Source: Actinomycetota bacterium (GTDB lineage Bacteria > Actinomycetota > Acidimicrobiia > IMCC26256 > VFJJ01). Taken from it: DNA of 33,895 bases. The notes under the pieces are model-generated. The model was not told the origin of the DNA and searched no databases. It worked only from the letters and a program-made list of their open reading frames with translations. Location of the stretch: the NCBI GenBank assembly GCA_009886115.1, contig VFJJ01000204.1, positions 1 through 33,895 of the forward strand, written 5' to 3'. Positions 1 to 8,691 of this stretch are shown here, piece by piece. Every line of letters starts with the position of its first letter. Position 1 is the first letter of the stretch. A program made the translations under genes and the position numbers.

Positions 1-1
1 G

Positions 2-454
2 ACACCCGCGAGCCCGGCAGCCGCCCAGCCCGCACCAGCCACCCAGCCCGCAGCCGCCCAGCCCGCAGCCACCCAGCCCGCAGCCACCCAGCCCGCAGCC
101 ACGCAGCCGACGACCACCGAGCCCGTCGAGGTCTCGATCGGCAGCTTCCGCGGCATCGACCACGACGCGACGGGCCAGGCCGCCATCTACCGCCAGCCCG
201 ACGGCTCGTACGTCGTCGGGCTGCTCGAGATCGACATCGAGCCGGGCCCCGACTACGACGTGCTCCTGGTACCCGGCGCCGGCGCCGAGAGCCCGGGCGA
301 CGGTGCCATCCGCCTCGACGATCTCAAGGGGAACAAGGGAACCCAGTACTACCCGGCTCCCACCGGCACGACCTTGTCGGGGGAGTGGACCGTCCTCGTG
401 TGGTGCAACGCCTTCGGCGTCCCCATCGCCGCGGCTCCCCAGTCGATCGCCTGA
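2..454 (+). CDS. DM13 domain-containing protein, 5'-truncated by the window edge
   Basis: The frame of ORF 260..454 is open back to base 2: (QPAAT)n linker, then GSFRGIDHDATG...PGPDYDVLL...LKGNKGTQYY...VLVWCNAFGV, matching the DM13 pattern GxF..H..G / GPD / LKG..G.Q.Y / V.WC..F. Confidence 0.8.
   Translation, partial: TPASPAAAQPAPATQPAAAQPAATQPAATQPAATQPTTTEPVEVSIGSFRGIDHDATGQAAIYRQPDGSYVVGLLEIDIEPGPDYDVLLVPGAGAESPGDGAIRLDDLKGNKGTQYYPAPTGTTLSGEWTVLVWCNAFGVPIAAAPQSIA
17..108 (+). repeat. Imperfect 15-bp coding tandem repeat (CAGCCCGCAGCCACC) encoding a QPAAT linker
   Basis: About 5 imperfect copies read directly from the sequence. Confidence 0.85.
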
Positions 455-485
455 ACGCATCTGAACGCCGCGACATCAGCGGCGC

Positions 486-1631
486 TCAGGCGGGCACGAT
501 CTCGTCGACCAGGCGCCAACGCAGAGCGGTGCGAGCATCGAGACGGGCGCCGGAGAGCGCCATGTAGGCGGCCCGGTGAGGCCCGATTCGACGGGGGATG
601 CTGACGGTGCCGCCGGCGCCGGGAACCAGGCCCATCCCCACCTCGGGGAGCATGAAGAAAGCGTCCTCGGTCGCCGACACCCGCGCTGCGTACGCGCTGA
701 GCTCAGCGCCGGCGCCCACTGCGGCCCCCTGCACCTCGACGCGCAGCCAGTCGGCGCAGCGCCACATCCACCAGGGCGCCGAGCGCGTGCTGCGGATCAC
801 GTGGGCGTCGCTCGGGTCGGTGGCCGTCCCGAACTCGTCGAGATCGCCTCCGCTGCAGAAGCTGGGACCGTTGCCCCGCACGACGATGAGAGCCGCGGCC
901 CCCGTCGACGCGGCCCGGAGGGCGTCGACGAGCCCGTCGCGCATCGCTGCGTTGTAGGCGTTTCGGACCTGTGGGCGATTGAGCGCGATCGTGCAGACCA
1001 GCCCCTCGTAGTCGACGAGGACGGGCGCCACGGGCTCGTCCCGATCGGCCCGCTCGACCTCGCCCCACGCGTCGAGCCAGCGCCGGAACTCCGAGCCGGC
1101 CTGGAGCAACCCGTACGTGACCGACTCGGCGAACAACCCGGCGGGCACGTCCTCGTAGGCCCGACTCCGTAGTAGCTGCACCATCGCCAGCGACGCCTTG
1201 GGACTCTGCTCGATCGCGTAGAGCACGTCACCCAGCATGCCGTCGATGTTGTCGGCGCCGGGAACCACCCAGCCATCGACGGGATCGGCTGCCGTCGACA
1301 GCACCACGTCGAAGCCAGCCAGCAACGCCAAGGCCTCGGGGCCCACCTCGGCGGTCCGGACTACCGCGATCGTCACACAGGGCAGCGCCCGCAGCGTGGC
1401 GGCCACGGTCTCGTCGCCGCCGATCTGCCACGTGTCGTCGTCGACGACGAACGCCCCGACACCCTCGGGCAACGAGAAGTCCTCGATGGCGAAGGGGCTG
1501 CGGAGCGCGCCGAGCCCCGCCACGATGTCGAAGACCTCGGCCGCGCCGACATCGACCAGGTCGTCGTCGTCGCTGTCGTCGTCGCTGTCGTCGGAACCTG
1601 TGCCGGGCGTGTCGAGGTCGAGACCGTTCAC
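486..1631 (-). CDS. Enoyl-CoA hydratase/isomerase (crotonase) family protein with a long N-terminal extension
   Basis: C-terminal half has LNRPQVRNA, FCSGGDL, GAAVGAGAE and LPEVGMGLVPGAGGT. The N-terminus is acidic and low-complexity, so the start is uncertain. Confidence 0.85.
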   Translation of the reverse strand: MNGLDLDTPGTGSDDSDDDSDDDDLVDVGAAEVFDIVAGLGALRSPFAIEDFSLPEGVGAFVVDDDTWQIGGDETVAATLRALPCVTIAVVRTAEVGPEALALLAGFDVVLSTAADPVDGWVVPGADNIDGMLGDVLYAIEQSPKASLAMVQLLRSRAYEDVPAGLFAESVTYGLLQAGSEFRRWLDAWGEVERADRDEPVAPVLVDYEGLVCTIALNRPQVRNAYNAAMRDGLVDALRAASTGAAALIVVRGNGPSFCSGGDLDEFGTATDPSDAHVIRSTRSAPWWMWRCADWLRVEVQGAAVGAGAELSAYAARVSATEDAFFMLPEVGMGLVPGAGGTVSIPRRIGPHRAAYMALSGARLDARTALRWRLVDEIVPA

Positions 1632-1642
1632 CGGTCGCGACG

Positions 1643-3151
1643 CTACGCCTCGCCGAGGAGCTCCGCGCGCACCACCCGTCGCAACAGCTTCCCGGTGTCG
1701 GTGTACGGAAGCTCAGCCCGGAACTCGACGACGTCGGGGGCCTTGGACGAACGCAGGTGCTGCTTCACGAACGCCCGCAACTCATCGCTGGTGACCTCGT
1801 GCCCGTCTCGGACGACGACGACCGCAGCGATCCGCTCGCCCCACTCGACATCGGGGAGGCCGACGACCGCAGCTTCCTCGACGGCGTCGTGGCGCATGAG
1901 CACGTCCTCGATCTCGGCCGGGCTGGTGTTCTCGCCGCCCCGGATGATGAGATCGTCGTTGCGGCCCTCGACGAACAGGTACCCGTCGGCGTCGAGATGC
2001 CCGCGATCCTTGGTGGGGAGCCAGCCGTCGCCCTGAACCGCAGAGGCCCGGCCCCGGTACTCACCCGACACCTGCTCGGCGCGAATGTGGATCTCGCCCG
2101 ACTCGCCGATCGGCAGCAGCGCACCGAGCTCGTCGCGGATCTCGATCTCGACGCCCGGCAACGGCAGCCCCGCCGAGCCGAGTCGGGCCCGGATGGCCGG
2201 GTCGGTCGACACCAGCGCCGTTCGATGATCGTCGGGGCCGAGCACGGCGATCGTCGACGAGGTCTCGGTGAGCCCGTAGGCGTTGACGAAGCCCGTCTCG
2301 GGGAACAGCTCCAGCGCGTGCTCGATGACGGTGACGGGCATCTTCGAGCCGCCATACGCGATGGACCGCAGGCTCGGCACCGAGTACTCCCCTGGATGGG
2401 CCCGCATGGTCTCGACGATCCGGGCCAGCATCGTCGGCACGACCATTGCGTTGGTGACGCCCTCCCAGTTGGCCGTCTCGAGCCAACGCTCGGGAGTGAA
2501 GTCGGGGAGCTGGACGATCCGCCGTCCGGCGTAGGTGTTGCTGACGGTGTTGGCAACCCCGGCGATGTGGTACGGCGGCACGCACACCAGCGTGGCCTCG
2601 TCCTCCATGGCGCCCATGTACTCAACCGAGCCGAGCACGTAGGACGAGATGTGCCGATGGCGCAACACGGCGATCTTCGGAGCAGCGGTGGTGCCGCTCG
2701 TGAACAGGAGCACGGCCTCGTCGTCGGGGTCCATCAGCGCCGCCGGCGCCTCGACGTCGTGGCCCCGATGGCAGGCCTGCAGCCACTCGTAGCGCGACAT
2801 GACCACGGCCGGCCGGGCCGACTTCACGACGTCGAGGTAGGCGTCGCCGGCGATCACCAGGACCGGCGCCAGCTGGGCGAGCTGGTCGGCGAGCTGGTCG
2901 GGCGCCAGGCGGTAGTTGAGCGGCGCGATGGGCACCCCGGCCCAGGCCGCCGCGTACAGAGCCAACGGGAAGGCCTCGGACGCGATGTCGACGAAGGCCA
3001 CACGTTCGACCCCGGCCTCGGCGATCGCCGCCGCTCCCGCGCCCACACGCACCCGGAGGTCGTGGTACGTGAGCCCACCTTCGAGGGGGCCGACGGCGAC
3101 GCGCTCACCGAAGCCGTCGGCGGCCATCTCCAGCAACATGAGGATGTTCAT
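1643..3151 (-). CDS. Acyl-CoA synthetase / AMP-binding (class I adenylate-forming) enzyme
   Basis: LFTSGTTAAPK, YGLTET, DRGHLDADGYL, GRNDDLIIRGGEN and LPYTDTGKL motifs. Confidence 0.93.
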   Translation of the reverse strand: MNILMLLEMAADGFGERVAVGPLEGGLTYHDLRVRVGAGAAAIAEAGVERVAFVDIASEAFPLALYAAAWAGVPIAPLNYRLAPDQLADQLAQLAPVLVIAGDAYLDVVKSARPAVVMSRYEWLQACHRGHDVEAPAALMDPDDEAVLLFTSGTTAAPKIAVLRHRHISSYVLGSVEYMGAMEDEATLVCVPPYHIAGVANTVSNTYAGRRIVQLPDFTPERWLETANWEGVTNAMVVPTMLARIVETMRAHPGEYSVPSLRSIAYGGSKMPVTVIEHALELFPETGFVNAYGLTETSSTIAVLGPDDHRTALVSTDPAIRARLGSAGLPLPGVEIEIRDELGALLPIGESGEIHIRAEQVSGEYRGRASAVQGDGWLPTKDRGHLDADGYLFVEGRNDDLIIRGGENTSPAEIEDVLMRHDAVEEAAVVGLPDVEWGERIAAVVVVRDGHEVTSDELRAFVKQHLRSSKAPDVVEFRAELPYTDTGKLLRRVVRAELLGEA

Positions 3152-3166
3152 GGGCTCGTCCTCTGC

Positions 3167-3213
3167 TTCTTTGTGTCCAGCACCGCGCCCGGCGCGGTGC
3201 TGGACACAAAGAA
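3167..3213. repeat. 47-bp perfect palindrome, REP-like element copy 1
   Basis: TTCTTTGTGTCCAGCACCGCGCC-C-GGCGCGGTGCTGGACACAAAGAA with 23-bp perfect arms. Related copies at 19354 and 31332. Confidence 0.85.
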
Positions 3214-3220
3214 CGAGTGG

Positions 3221-3526
3221 TCAGTCGGATGCGGGGAGCGGCTTGGCTTCCTTGAGACCGAGCTCGTCACCGTCGCAGGCGAGAGGACCGGCGCCGGGCT
3301 TGGTGCACAGCACCTCGAGGGCACCGTCGGCGTTCACATAGCGCTTGCCCATGGCGGTGCCGGTCCCCGGCGCGGGCGAACCTGCAGCGACGGCCTCGGT
3401 GCTCGCCGGATCGCCCATCGCCGCACCGCCACAGGTGATCGAAACGTCACCCGATGGGGCCTTCACGACGATGATCTCCGTGCTGCACACCGTCGAGCGC
3501 AGGCGTGCTCCGGCCTTGAGGATCAT
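3221..3526 (-). CDS. Small (101 aa) four-Cys hypothetical protein with an internal duplication, first gene of the acyl-CoA synthetase unit
   Basis: ATG at 3526 preceded by GGAGGAAG. Sequence MILKAGARLRSTVCSTEIIVVKAP...GKRYVNADGALEVLCTKPGAGPLACDG...KEAKPLPASD. Confidence 0.8.
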   Translation of the reverse strand: MILKAGARLRSTVCSTEIIVVKAPSGDVSITCGGAAMGDPASTEAVAAGSPAPGTGTAMGKRYVNADGALEVLCTKPGAGPLACDGDELGLKEAKPLPASD

Positions 3527-3789
3527 GGATGGTCTTCCTCCGCGGTGGTTGCTGACAGGGTGCGGCGTGGTTGAGCGGTGCCACTCGGTCGCCGATACTT
3601 CCATTCTCCGAGCAGCCCGTCGACCCGGTGGGCGTGGTGCTGCCGCTCGGTGAACGGTTCCCATGATGCTGCGCCGGACCCGATCAGAGACGTATCGGCG
3701 TCGTGACGCGTGCCACCCCCCAGGGGGATGCCCGCGGCGTCGAAGTGGACAACCGAGCTCGTGGTTCCGAGGCCATCTCTGACGAGCGG

Positions 3790-3803
3790 TAGAATTCGTT
3801 CCA
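3790..3803. promoter_or_regulatory. Candidate TetR/KstR-like operator TAGAATTCGTTCCA
   Basis: Matches 7 of the 8 fixed positions of TnnAACnnGTTnnA and lies in the divergent intergenic region of the acyl-CoA genes. Confidence 0.4.
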
Positions 3804-3879
3804 CTCAGCGCGCCATCTGCCGGCGCGTGAGTACTTCCGGGCACGCGAGGGGCCGGGCCCACCACAGTCGAGGACCACG

Positions 3880-4755
3880 ATGACCGCAGAGACTCTGTTG
3901 TTCGAACGGATCGGCGTGGTCGGTTGTGGGGCCATGGGCTCGGGGATCGCCGAGGTCTGCCTACGCTCGGGCGCCCATGTCATCGCCTGGGATGTCCACG
4001 ACGGTGCAGTCGATGCCGGCCGGCGCCGGCTCGAGACAGCGTTGGCCCGTGCTGCCTCAGCGGGCAAGATCACCGAAGACGAGCGGGCCGCTGCGCTCTC
4101 GCGGGTGTCGTTCACCACCGATCTCAGCGACCTGGCTGACCGCCAGTTCGTCATCGAGGCCGTGCTCGAGGACGAGGATACGAAGCTCGAGGTGTTCCGA
4201 AAGCTCGACTCGATGCTGGCGGCGCCCGACGTCATCCTCGCGTCGAACACGTCGTCGATCCCGATCACCAAGATCGCCGCCGCCACCAAGCGGGGCGAGT
4301 ACGTGGTCGGCATGCACTTCTTCAACCCTCCGGCCGTCATGAAGCTCGTCGAGATCATCCCGTCGGTCCTCACCAGCGACGAGACCGTGGCCCGGGCGTC
4401 GCAGCTCGCCACCGAGCAGCTCGGCAAGGTCGTGGTGAAGGCTCACGACCGGGCCGGCTTCGTGGTCAACGCCCTCCTCGTCCCCTACATCCTCTCCGCC
4501 GTCCGCATGCTCGAAGACGGCGTTGCGACGGCCGAGGACATCGACACGGGCATCGTCGAGGGCTGCCGCCATCCCATGGGCCCCCTGGCGCTCGCCGACC
4601 TCATCGGGCTCGACGTGTGCAAGGGCGTGGCCGACTCGATGTACGACGAGTTCAAGGAGCCGCTCTACGCCGCGCCCCCGCTCCTCAACCGGATGGTCGA
4701 AGCCGGCCGGCTCGGCAAGAAGACCGGCCGGGGGTTCTACACCTACGGGAAGTGA
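3880..4755 (+). CDS. 3-hydroxybutyryl-CoA / 3-hydroxyacyl-CoA dehydrogenase
   Basis: GVVGCGAMGSG, VIEAVLE, ASNTSS, GMHFFNP, GFVVN and PMGPLALAD motifs. Confidence 0.95.
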   Translation: MTAETLLFERIGVVGCGAMGSGIAEVCLRSGAHVIAWDVHDGAVDAGRRRLETALARAASAGKITEDERAAALSRVSFTTDLSDLADRQFVIEAVLEDEDTKLEVFRKLDSMLAAPDVILASNTSSIPITKIAAATKRGEYVVGMHFFNPPAVMKLVEIIPSVLTSDETVARASQLATEQLGKVVVKAHDRAGFVVNALLVPYILSAVRMLEDGVATAEDIDTGIVEGCRHPMGPLALADLIGLDVCKGVADSMYDEFKEPLYAAPPLLNRMVEAGRLGKKTGRGFYTYGK

Positions 4756-6236
4756 GCGGGGCCGCCGCGTCGGCGTTTCGATCCGGCTCCCGATCGGCCG
4801 GATACGCCACTGGGTACCTCGAGGCGGTCGGCGTCGAGCCACTTGCGACGCTCGACACGTCTGGCCCTGATCCGGCTCCGGTCGATGGCTGGGCCGCCAG
4901 CGGGGCCATGTGGCTCACCGGCGATCCCGCAGGTCCTCCGCTCGCGGCGCCCGGCGACATCGCAGCTCGCCTGTCGGGGTTGTCGCTGGCGTTGGGGTTC
5001 CTCGCCCCGGGTCTGAGCCGACTCGACGCGCCGGCGCTGCTCGGTGAGCGGGCGGCGATCTTCGGCCTGCGCCGCCAGGGCCAGGTGAGCTGCGGAGGTT
5101 CGGCGCGGCTTCTGCCGACGGCCGATGGCTGGCTGTGCCTCAACCTGCCCCGGCCCGACGACTGGGCCCTGATGGCCGCCTGGCTCGAGCGTGACGACCC
5201 GGTGGTCGGCCCCGGCGACTGGACGGGGGTCGCACGCTCGCTGGCCGAGCGATCCGCACCCGAGCTCGTCGAGCGGGCGGCCCTGCTGGGCCTCGCCGCA
5301 TCGTTGGTGGGCGCCGCGGCACCACCATCGGGCGGCACCACCGGCACCGGCACCACCGGCAGCGGCACCACCGGCTTCCGCGACGACGGCGCCGGCTTCG
5401 GCTTCGGCGACGCGCAGGCCCGCACTCGGGCCCAGACCTCGCCGATGCGCTGCCCGATCATCGAGCCATCGGGCGCGAGCGTCACCAGCTCGATGCCCGG
5501 CGCTCGACCGGCGCAACCTGCGCCCCTGGTGATCGACCTGTCATCGCTGTGGGCCGGGCCCCTGTGCGGCTCGCTGCTCGCCGAAGCCGGCTGCCGGGTC
5601 GTCAAGGTCGAAGACCCCGCGCGGCCCGACGGGACCCGGCGCGGCCCACGATCGTTCTTCGACCTCATGCACGCAGGCAAGCAGAGCGTGGCCCTCGACC
5701 TCACGAGCACGAAGGGCCGGGACGCCTTGCGGGAGCTGTGCATTCGGGCCGACGTCGTCATCACCTCCGCCCGTCCCCGGGCCCTCGAGCCGCTCGGCCT
5801 GTTCCCCCCTCCGGCTCCGATCTGGGTGGCCATCACCGGCTACGGCCTCACCGGACCATGGCGCGACCGGGTGGCCTTCGGCGACGACGCGGCAGTGGCC
5901 GCCGGGCTCTGCGCCGTCTCGCCGCCCGACGACCCGCGCCCGAGGTTCTGTGGCGATGCCGTCGCCGATCCCGTAGCTGGCCTGCTGGCCACGCTGGGCG
6001 CCCTGGCGTTGTTGAGGAATCAACGATCGGGAACGGTCGACATCGCGCTCAGGGAAGCCGCCAGCCATCTCATCGGCGACTCACCGGCAGGGCCCACGGA
6101 ACCCACCGATCCGGCGCCGAGCTCGGGGCGCGTCGCTGCCAGCCGGCCCCGCGCACGAACGCCACGAGGTGCCGGCCCCGAGCTCGGCCGTGACACGACC
6201 GCCGTATTCGACGCCCTCGGGATCACCGTTCCCTGA
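4752..6236 (+). CDS. CoA-transferase family III (CaiB/BaiF-like)
   Basis: GTGA overlap with the upstream stop. Motifs DLSSLWAGPLCGSLLAEAG..VVKVE..RPD, HAGKQSVALD, ITGYG and C-terminal GPELGRDT. Confidence 0.85.
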   Translation: MSGAAASAFRSGSRSAGYATGYLEAVGVEPLATLDTSGPDPAPVDGWAASGAMWLTGDPAGPPLAAPGDIAARLSGLSLALGFLAPGLSRLDAPALLGERAAIFGLRRQGQVSCGGSARLLPTADGWLCLNLPRPDDWALMAAWLERDDPVVGPGDWTGVARSLAERSAPELVERAALLGLAASLVGAAAPPSGGTTGTGTTGSGTTGFRDDGAGFGFGDAQARTRAQTSPMRCPIIEPSGASVTSSMPGARPAQPAPLVIDLSSLWAGPLCGSLLAEAGCRVVKVEDPARPDGTRRGPRSFFDLMHAGKQSVALDLTSTKGRDALRELCIRADVVITSARPRALEPLGLFPPPAPIWVAITGYGLTGPWRDRVAFGDDAAVAAGLCAVSPPDDPRPRFCGDAVADPVAGLLATLGALALLRNQRSGTVDIALREAASHLIGDSPAGPTEPTDPAPSSGRVAASRPRARTPRGAGPELGRDTTAVFDALGITVP

Positions 6237-6306
6237 CCGGTCTCCCCGAGAATCGCGGCGGTCAGCGTGGACGGCAGTGACGGCGCGGCGTCCGTCGCCG
6301 GCCAAC

Positions 6307-6918
6307 TCAGCGGGGCTCGCGCCACATGGGCCACAGCGTCGGACCGGAGGGAACCTCGATGATTGCCTGCTCGACGAAGCCGAAGCGGCGGTAGAGCGGG
6401 AGGTTCGAGACGTTGCTCGACTCGAGGTAGGCGGGCAGGCCGTCGCCATCGAGCCGCTCGGCCATCGACGCGAGGAGGGCTGAGGCATGCCCCCGGCCAC
6501 GATGCCCGGGGTCGGTGCCGACGATCCGGAGATACCAGTGCGGCGGGTGGTGCGGATGAGCCTGTTCCATGAGCGCGCTGAGACGGCGGGCATGCGGGAG
6601 CCGGCGGCCCAGGAAGCGCCACGATCGCCAGGCCGCGGCCAGCGTCGGCCGCTCGGGAGCAGGACGGGGACCGTCAAGCGGAGGCAACCAGAGGGCGACG
6701 GCAGGACCGTGGCACCAGACCTCGCCTCGGGCGAGGTACCCGTGGATCTCGCCCCTCATGACGAGCGTGGCCTTGGCCAGACGCTTCCCGGGGCTCGGGA
6801 ACAGGTGGCACATGACCGGATCGTCGAAGAACGCCCGGGCCAGGAGGTCGGCCCGGGCCCCGACCTCGATCGGCCCCTCGAGTCGCTCGACACCCACGTC
6901 GCTCTCGTGATCGTCCAT
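6307..6918 (-). CDS. GNAT family N-acetyltransferase
   Basis: WYLRIVGTDPGHRGRGHAS acetyl-CoA motif and YLESSNVSNLPLYRRFGF. Confidence 0.9.
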   Translation of the reverse strand: MDDHESDVGVERLEGPIEVGARADLLARAFFDDPVMCHLFPSPGKRLAKATLVMRGEIHGYLARGEVWCHGPAVALWLPPLDGPRPAPERPTLAAAWRSWRFLGRRLPHARRLSALMEQAHPHHPPHWYLRIVGTDPGHRGRGHASALLASMAERLDGDGLPAYLESSNVSNLPLYRRFGFVEQAIIEVPSGPTLWPMWREPR

Positions 6919-6950
6919 GCCCCATCTTCATCCGAGACAGACTCACACGC

Positions 6951-7973
6951 ATGAGCGACACGGGAGTGGGCATCTCGGCGGTGACCCGCATCGAGGTCGA
7001 AGCGGCGGCGGCCCGGTTGGGCACCCGGCTGCGGCTCACCCCGGTCATCACGATCGAAGCGGGAACCTTCGGGCCCGGACCGGTGGTGGTGAAGCTCGAG
7101 AACCTCCAGCACACCGGGTCGTTCAAGGCGCGGGGGATGCTCAACGCGATGCTCGAGGCGACGGTCCCGCCGATCGGCGTCGTCGTGGCCTCGGGCGGCA
7201 ACGCCGGGCTGGCCGTGGCCTGGGCCGCTCGTGAGCTCGGCCACCGGGCCACCGTGTTCGTGCCCGTCACCAGCCCAGGGGCCAAGGTCGACCGCCTCCG
7301 GGCGCTGGGAGCGGCCGTGCACCAGCTGGGCGAGCGCTACGACGACGCGCTCGGTGCCAGCCAGACCTTCGCCGCCGAGACGGGGGCCGCGGTGATCCAC
7401 GCCTACGACCAGCGGCCCGTCGTCGCCGGCCAGGGGACGCTCTTCCGCGAGCTCGAGCACCAGACCGCCGGAGCCGCCGGGGCCGCCGGGGCGTCGGGCG
7501 CTGGCGGGCGCTCCGGGGCTGCGGACGGGCGCTCCGGCGCCGACCCCGGGATCGACACCGTGCTCGTGGCCGTCGGCGGCGGCGGGTTGATCGCGGGCGC
7601 GGCGGCCTGGTTCGCCGGACGGGTGAAGGTCGTCGCGGTCGAGCCCGAGACCTCGTGCTGTCTGCACGCGGCGTTCACCGCCGGCCATCCCATCGACGTC
7701 GACGTCAACGGGATCGCCGTCGATTCCTTGGGGGCCCGCCGGGTCGGCGAGGTGTGCTGGGCCGGGCGCGAGCACATCCAGACCACGCTGGTCGTCACCG
7801 ACGCGGCGATCGTCGCCGCTCGGCGGAGCCTCTGGGAGCACCTGCGAGTCGTCGCCGAGCCCGGTGGGGCCGCCGCGCTGGCCGCTCTCACCAGCGGCGT
7901 CTACCGCCCGTCTCCCGGCGAGCGCGTCGCGGTTCTCGTCTGCGGCGCCAACACCGACCCGGCCACGATCTGA
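6951..7973 (+). CDS. PLP-dependent threonine/serine dehydratase family protein
   Basis: KLENLQHTGSFKARG (PLP lysine), SGGNAG, VGGGGL, EPGGA and CGAN, with a Gly/Ala-rich insertion. Confidence 0.92.
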   Translation: MSDTGVGISAVTRIEVEAAAARLGTRLRLTPVITIEAGTFGPGPVVVKLENLQHTGSFKARGMLNAMLEATVPPIGVVVASGGNAGLAVAWAARELGHRATVFVPVTSPGAKVDRLRALGAAVHQLGERYDDALGASQTFAAETGAAVIHAYDQRPVVAGQGTLFRELEHQTAGAAGAAGASGAGGRSGAADGRSGADPGIDTVLVAVGGGGLIAGAAAWFAGRVKVVAVEPETSCCLHAAFTAGHPIDVDVNGIAVDSLGARRVGEVCWAGREHIQTTLVVTDAAIVAARRSLWEHLRVVAEPGGAAALAALTSGVYRPSPGERVAVLVCGANTDPATI

Positions 7974-8110
7974 CGCCCGTTCAGCGACACCGAGGCGCAC
8001 CGAGAGCGCGGGGCGGAACGGGCTGCGCTGCCAGCGACGCCCGGCGAGCCACCCCGGCGCCCCAAGGCGGGAGCCGGCTGCGAGAGCCGCCGCCGGGCTG
8101 GTTGACGCGT

Positions 8111-8119
8111 TGGTAGACT
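8111..8119 (+). promoter_or_regulatory. Extended -10 element (TGG-TAGACT) of a probably leaderless toxin-antitoxin transcript
   Basis: TANNNT ends 6 nt before ATG 8126, with no Shine-Dalgarno in between. Confidence 0.55.
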
Positions 8120-8125
8120 CAGCGC

Positions 8126-8362
8126 ATGACAACGACGCAAGTGGCTGTGCGGCTCCCGAGCGAGCTCCTCGAGAACATCGATGTCCTCGTGGGGATGTCG
8201 TTCGAGTCACGCTCCGACGTCATCCGGCAGGCGATCGAGCAGTTCCTGTACCGCCATGCTTGTGAGCGCGACGCCCGAATCTACGAGTTGACGCCGTTCA
8301 GCGATGCCGAGCTGGCCCTGGGTGAAGATCTCGAGTCGTGGAAGCTCACACCCGCGTGGTGA
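8126..8362 (+). CDS. Ribbon-helix-helix (CopG-type) antitoxin, MazE-like
   Basis: QVAVRLPSELLENID...SRSDVIRQAI RHH pattern, acidic C-terminus, overlaps the toxin start. Confidence 0.85.
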   Translation: MTTTQVAVRLPSELLENIDVLVGMSFESRSDVIRQAIEQFLYRHACERDARIYELTPFSDAELALGEDLESWKLTPAW

Positions 8363-8667
8363 GGGGTGAGGTCTGGTGGGCCACGGTGCCCGGTGGAGAG
8401 CGGCCGGTGCTCGTCCTCACCCGTGATCCCGTGGCCGACCGGATCGGCGCTGTGGTCGTCGCGGCGTGCACCCGAACGGTCAGGGGTGTGCACAGCGAGC
8501 TCGCGCTGGGGCCCGCCGACGGCATGCCCGAGGCCTGCGTCGCCAACTTCGACAACCTCCACACGGTGCGGCGCAGCGCGTTCCGAGAGCGGATCACCCA
8601 GCTCGGCGTGGAGCGCATGAGCGAGGCGTGTCGCGTCCTCGCCCACGCCCTGGCCTGCGTCGACTGA
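8359..8667 (+). CDS. mazF: PemK/MazF family endoribonuclease toxin
   Basis: RGEVWW...RPVLVLTRD...VVVAACTRTVRG..SE...CVANFDNL. GTGA overlap with the antitoxin stop (start 8359 or 8356). Confidence 0.88.
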   Translation: MRGEVWWATVPGGERPVLVLTRDPVADRIGAVVVAACTRTVRGVHSELALGPADGMPEACVANFDNLHTVRRSAFRERITQLGVERMSEACRVLAHALACVD

Positions 8668-8691
8668 CCGACCACCTGATCGTCGATGGTG

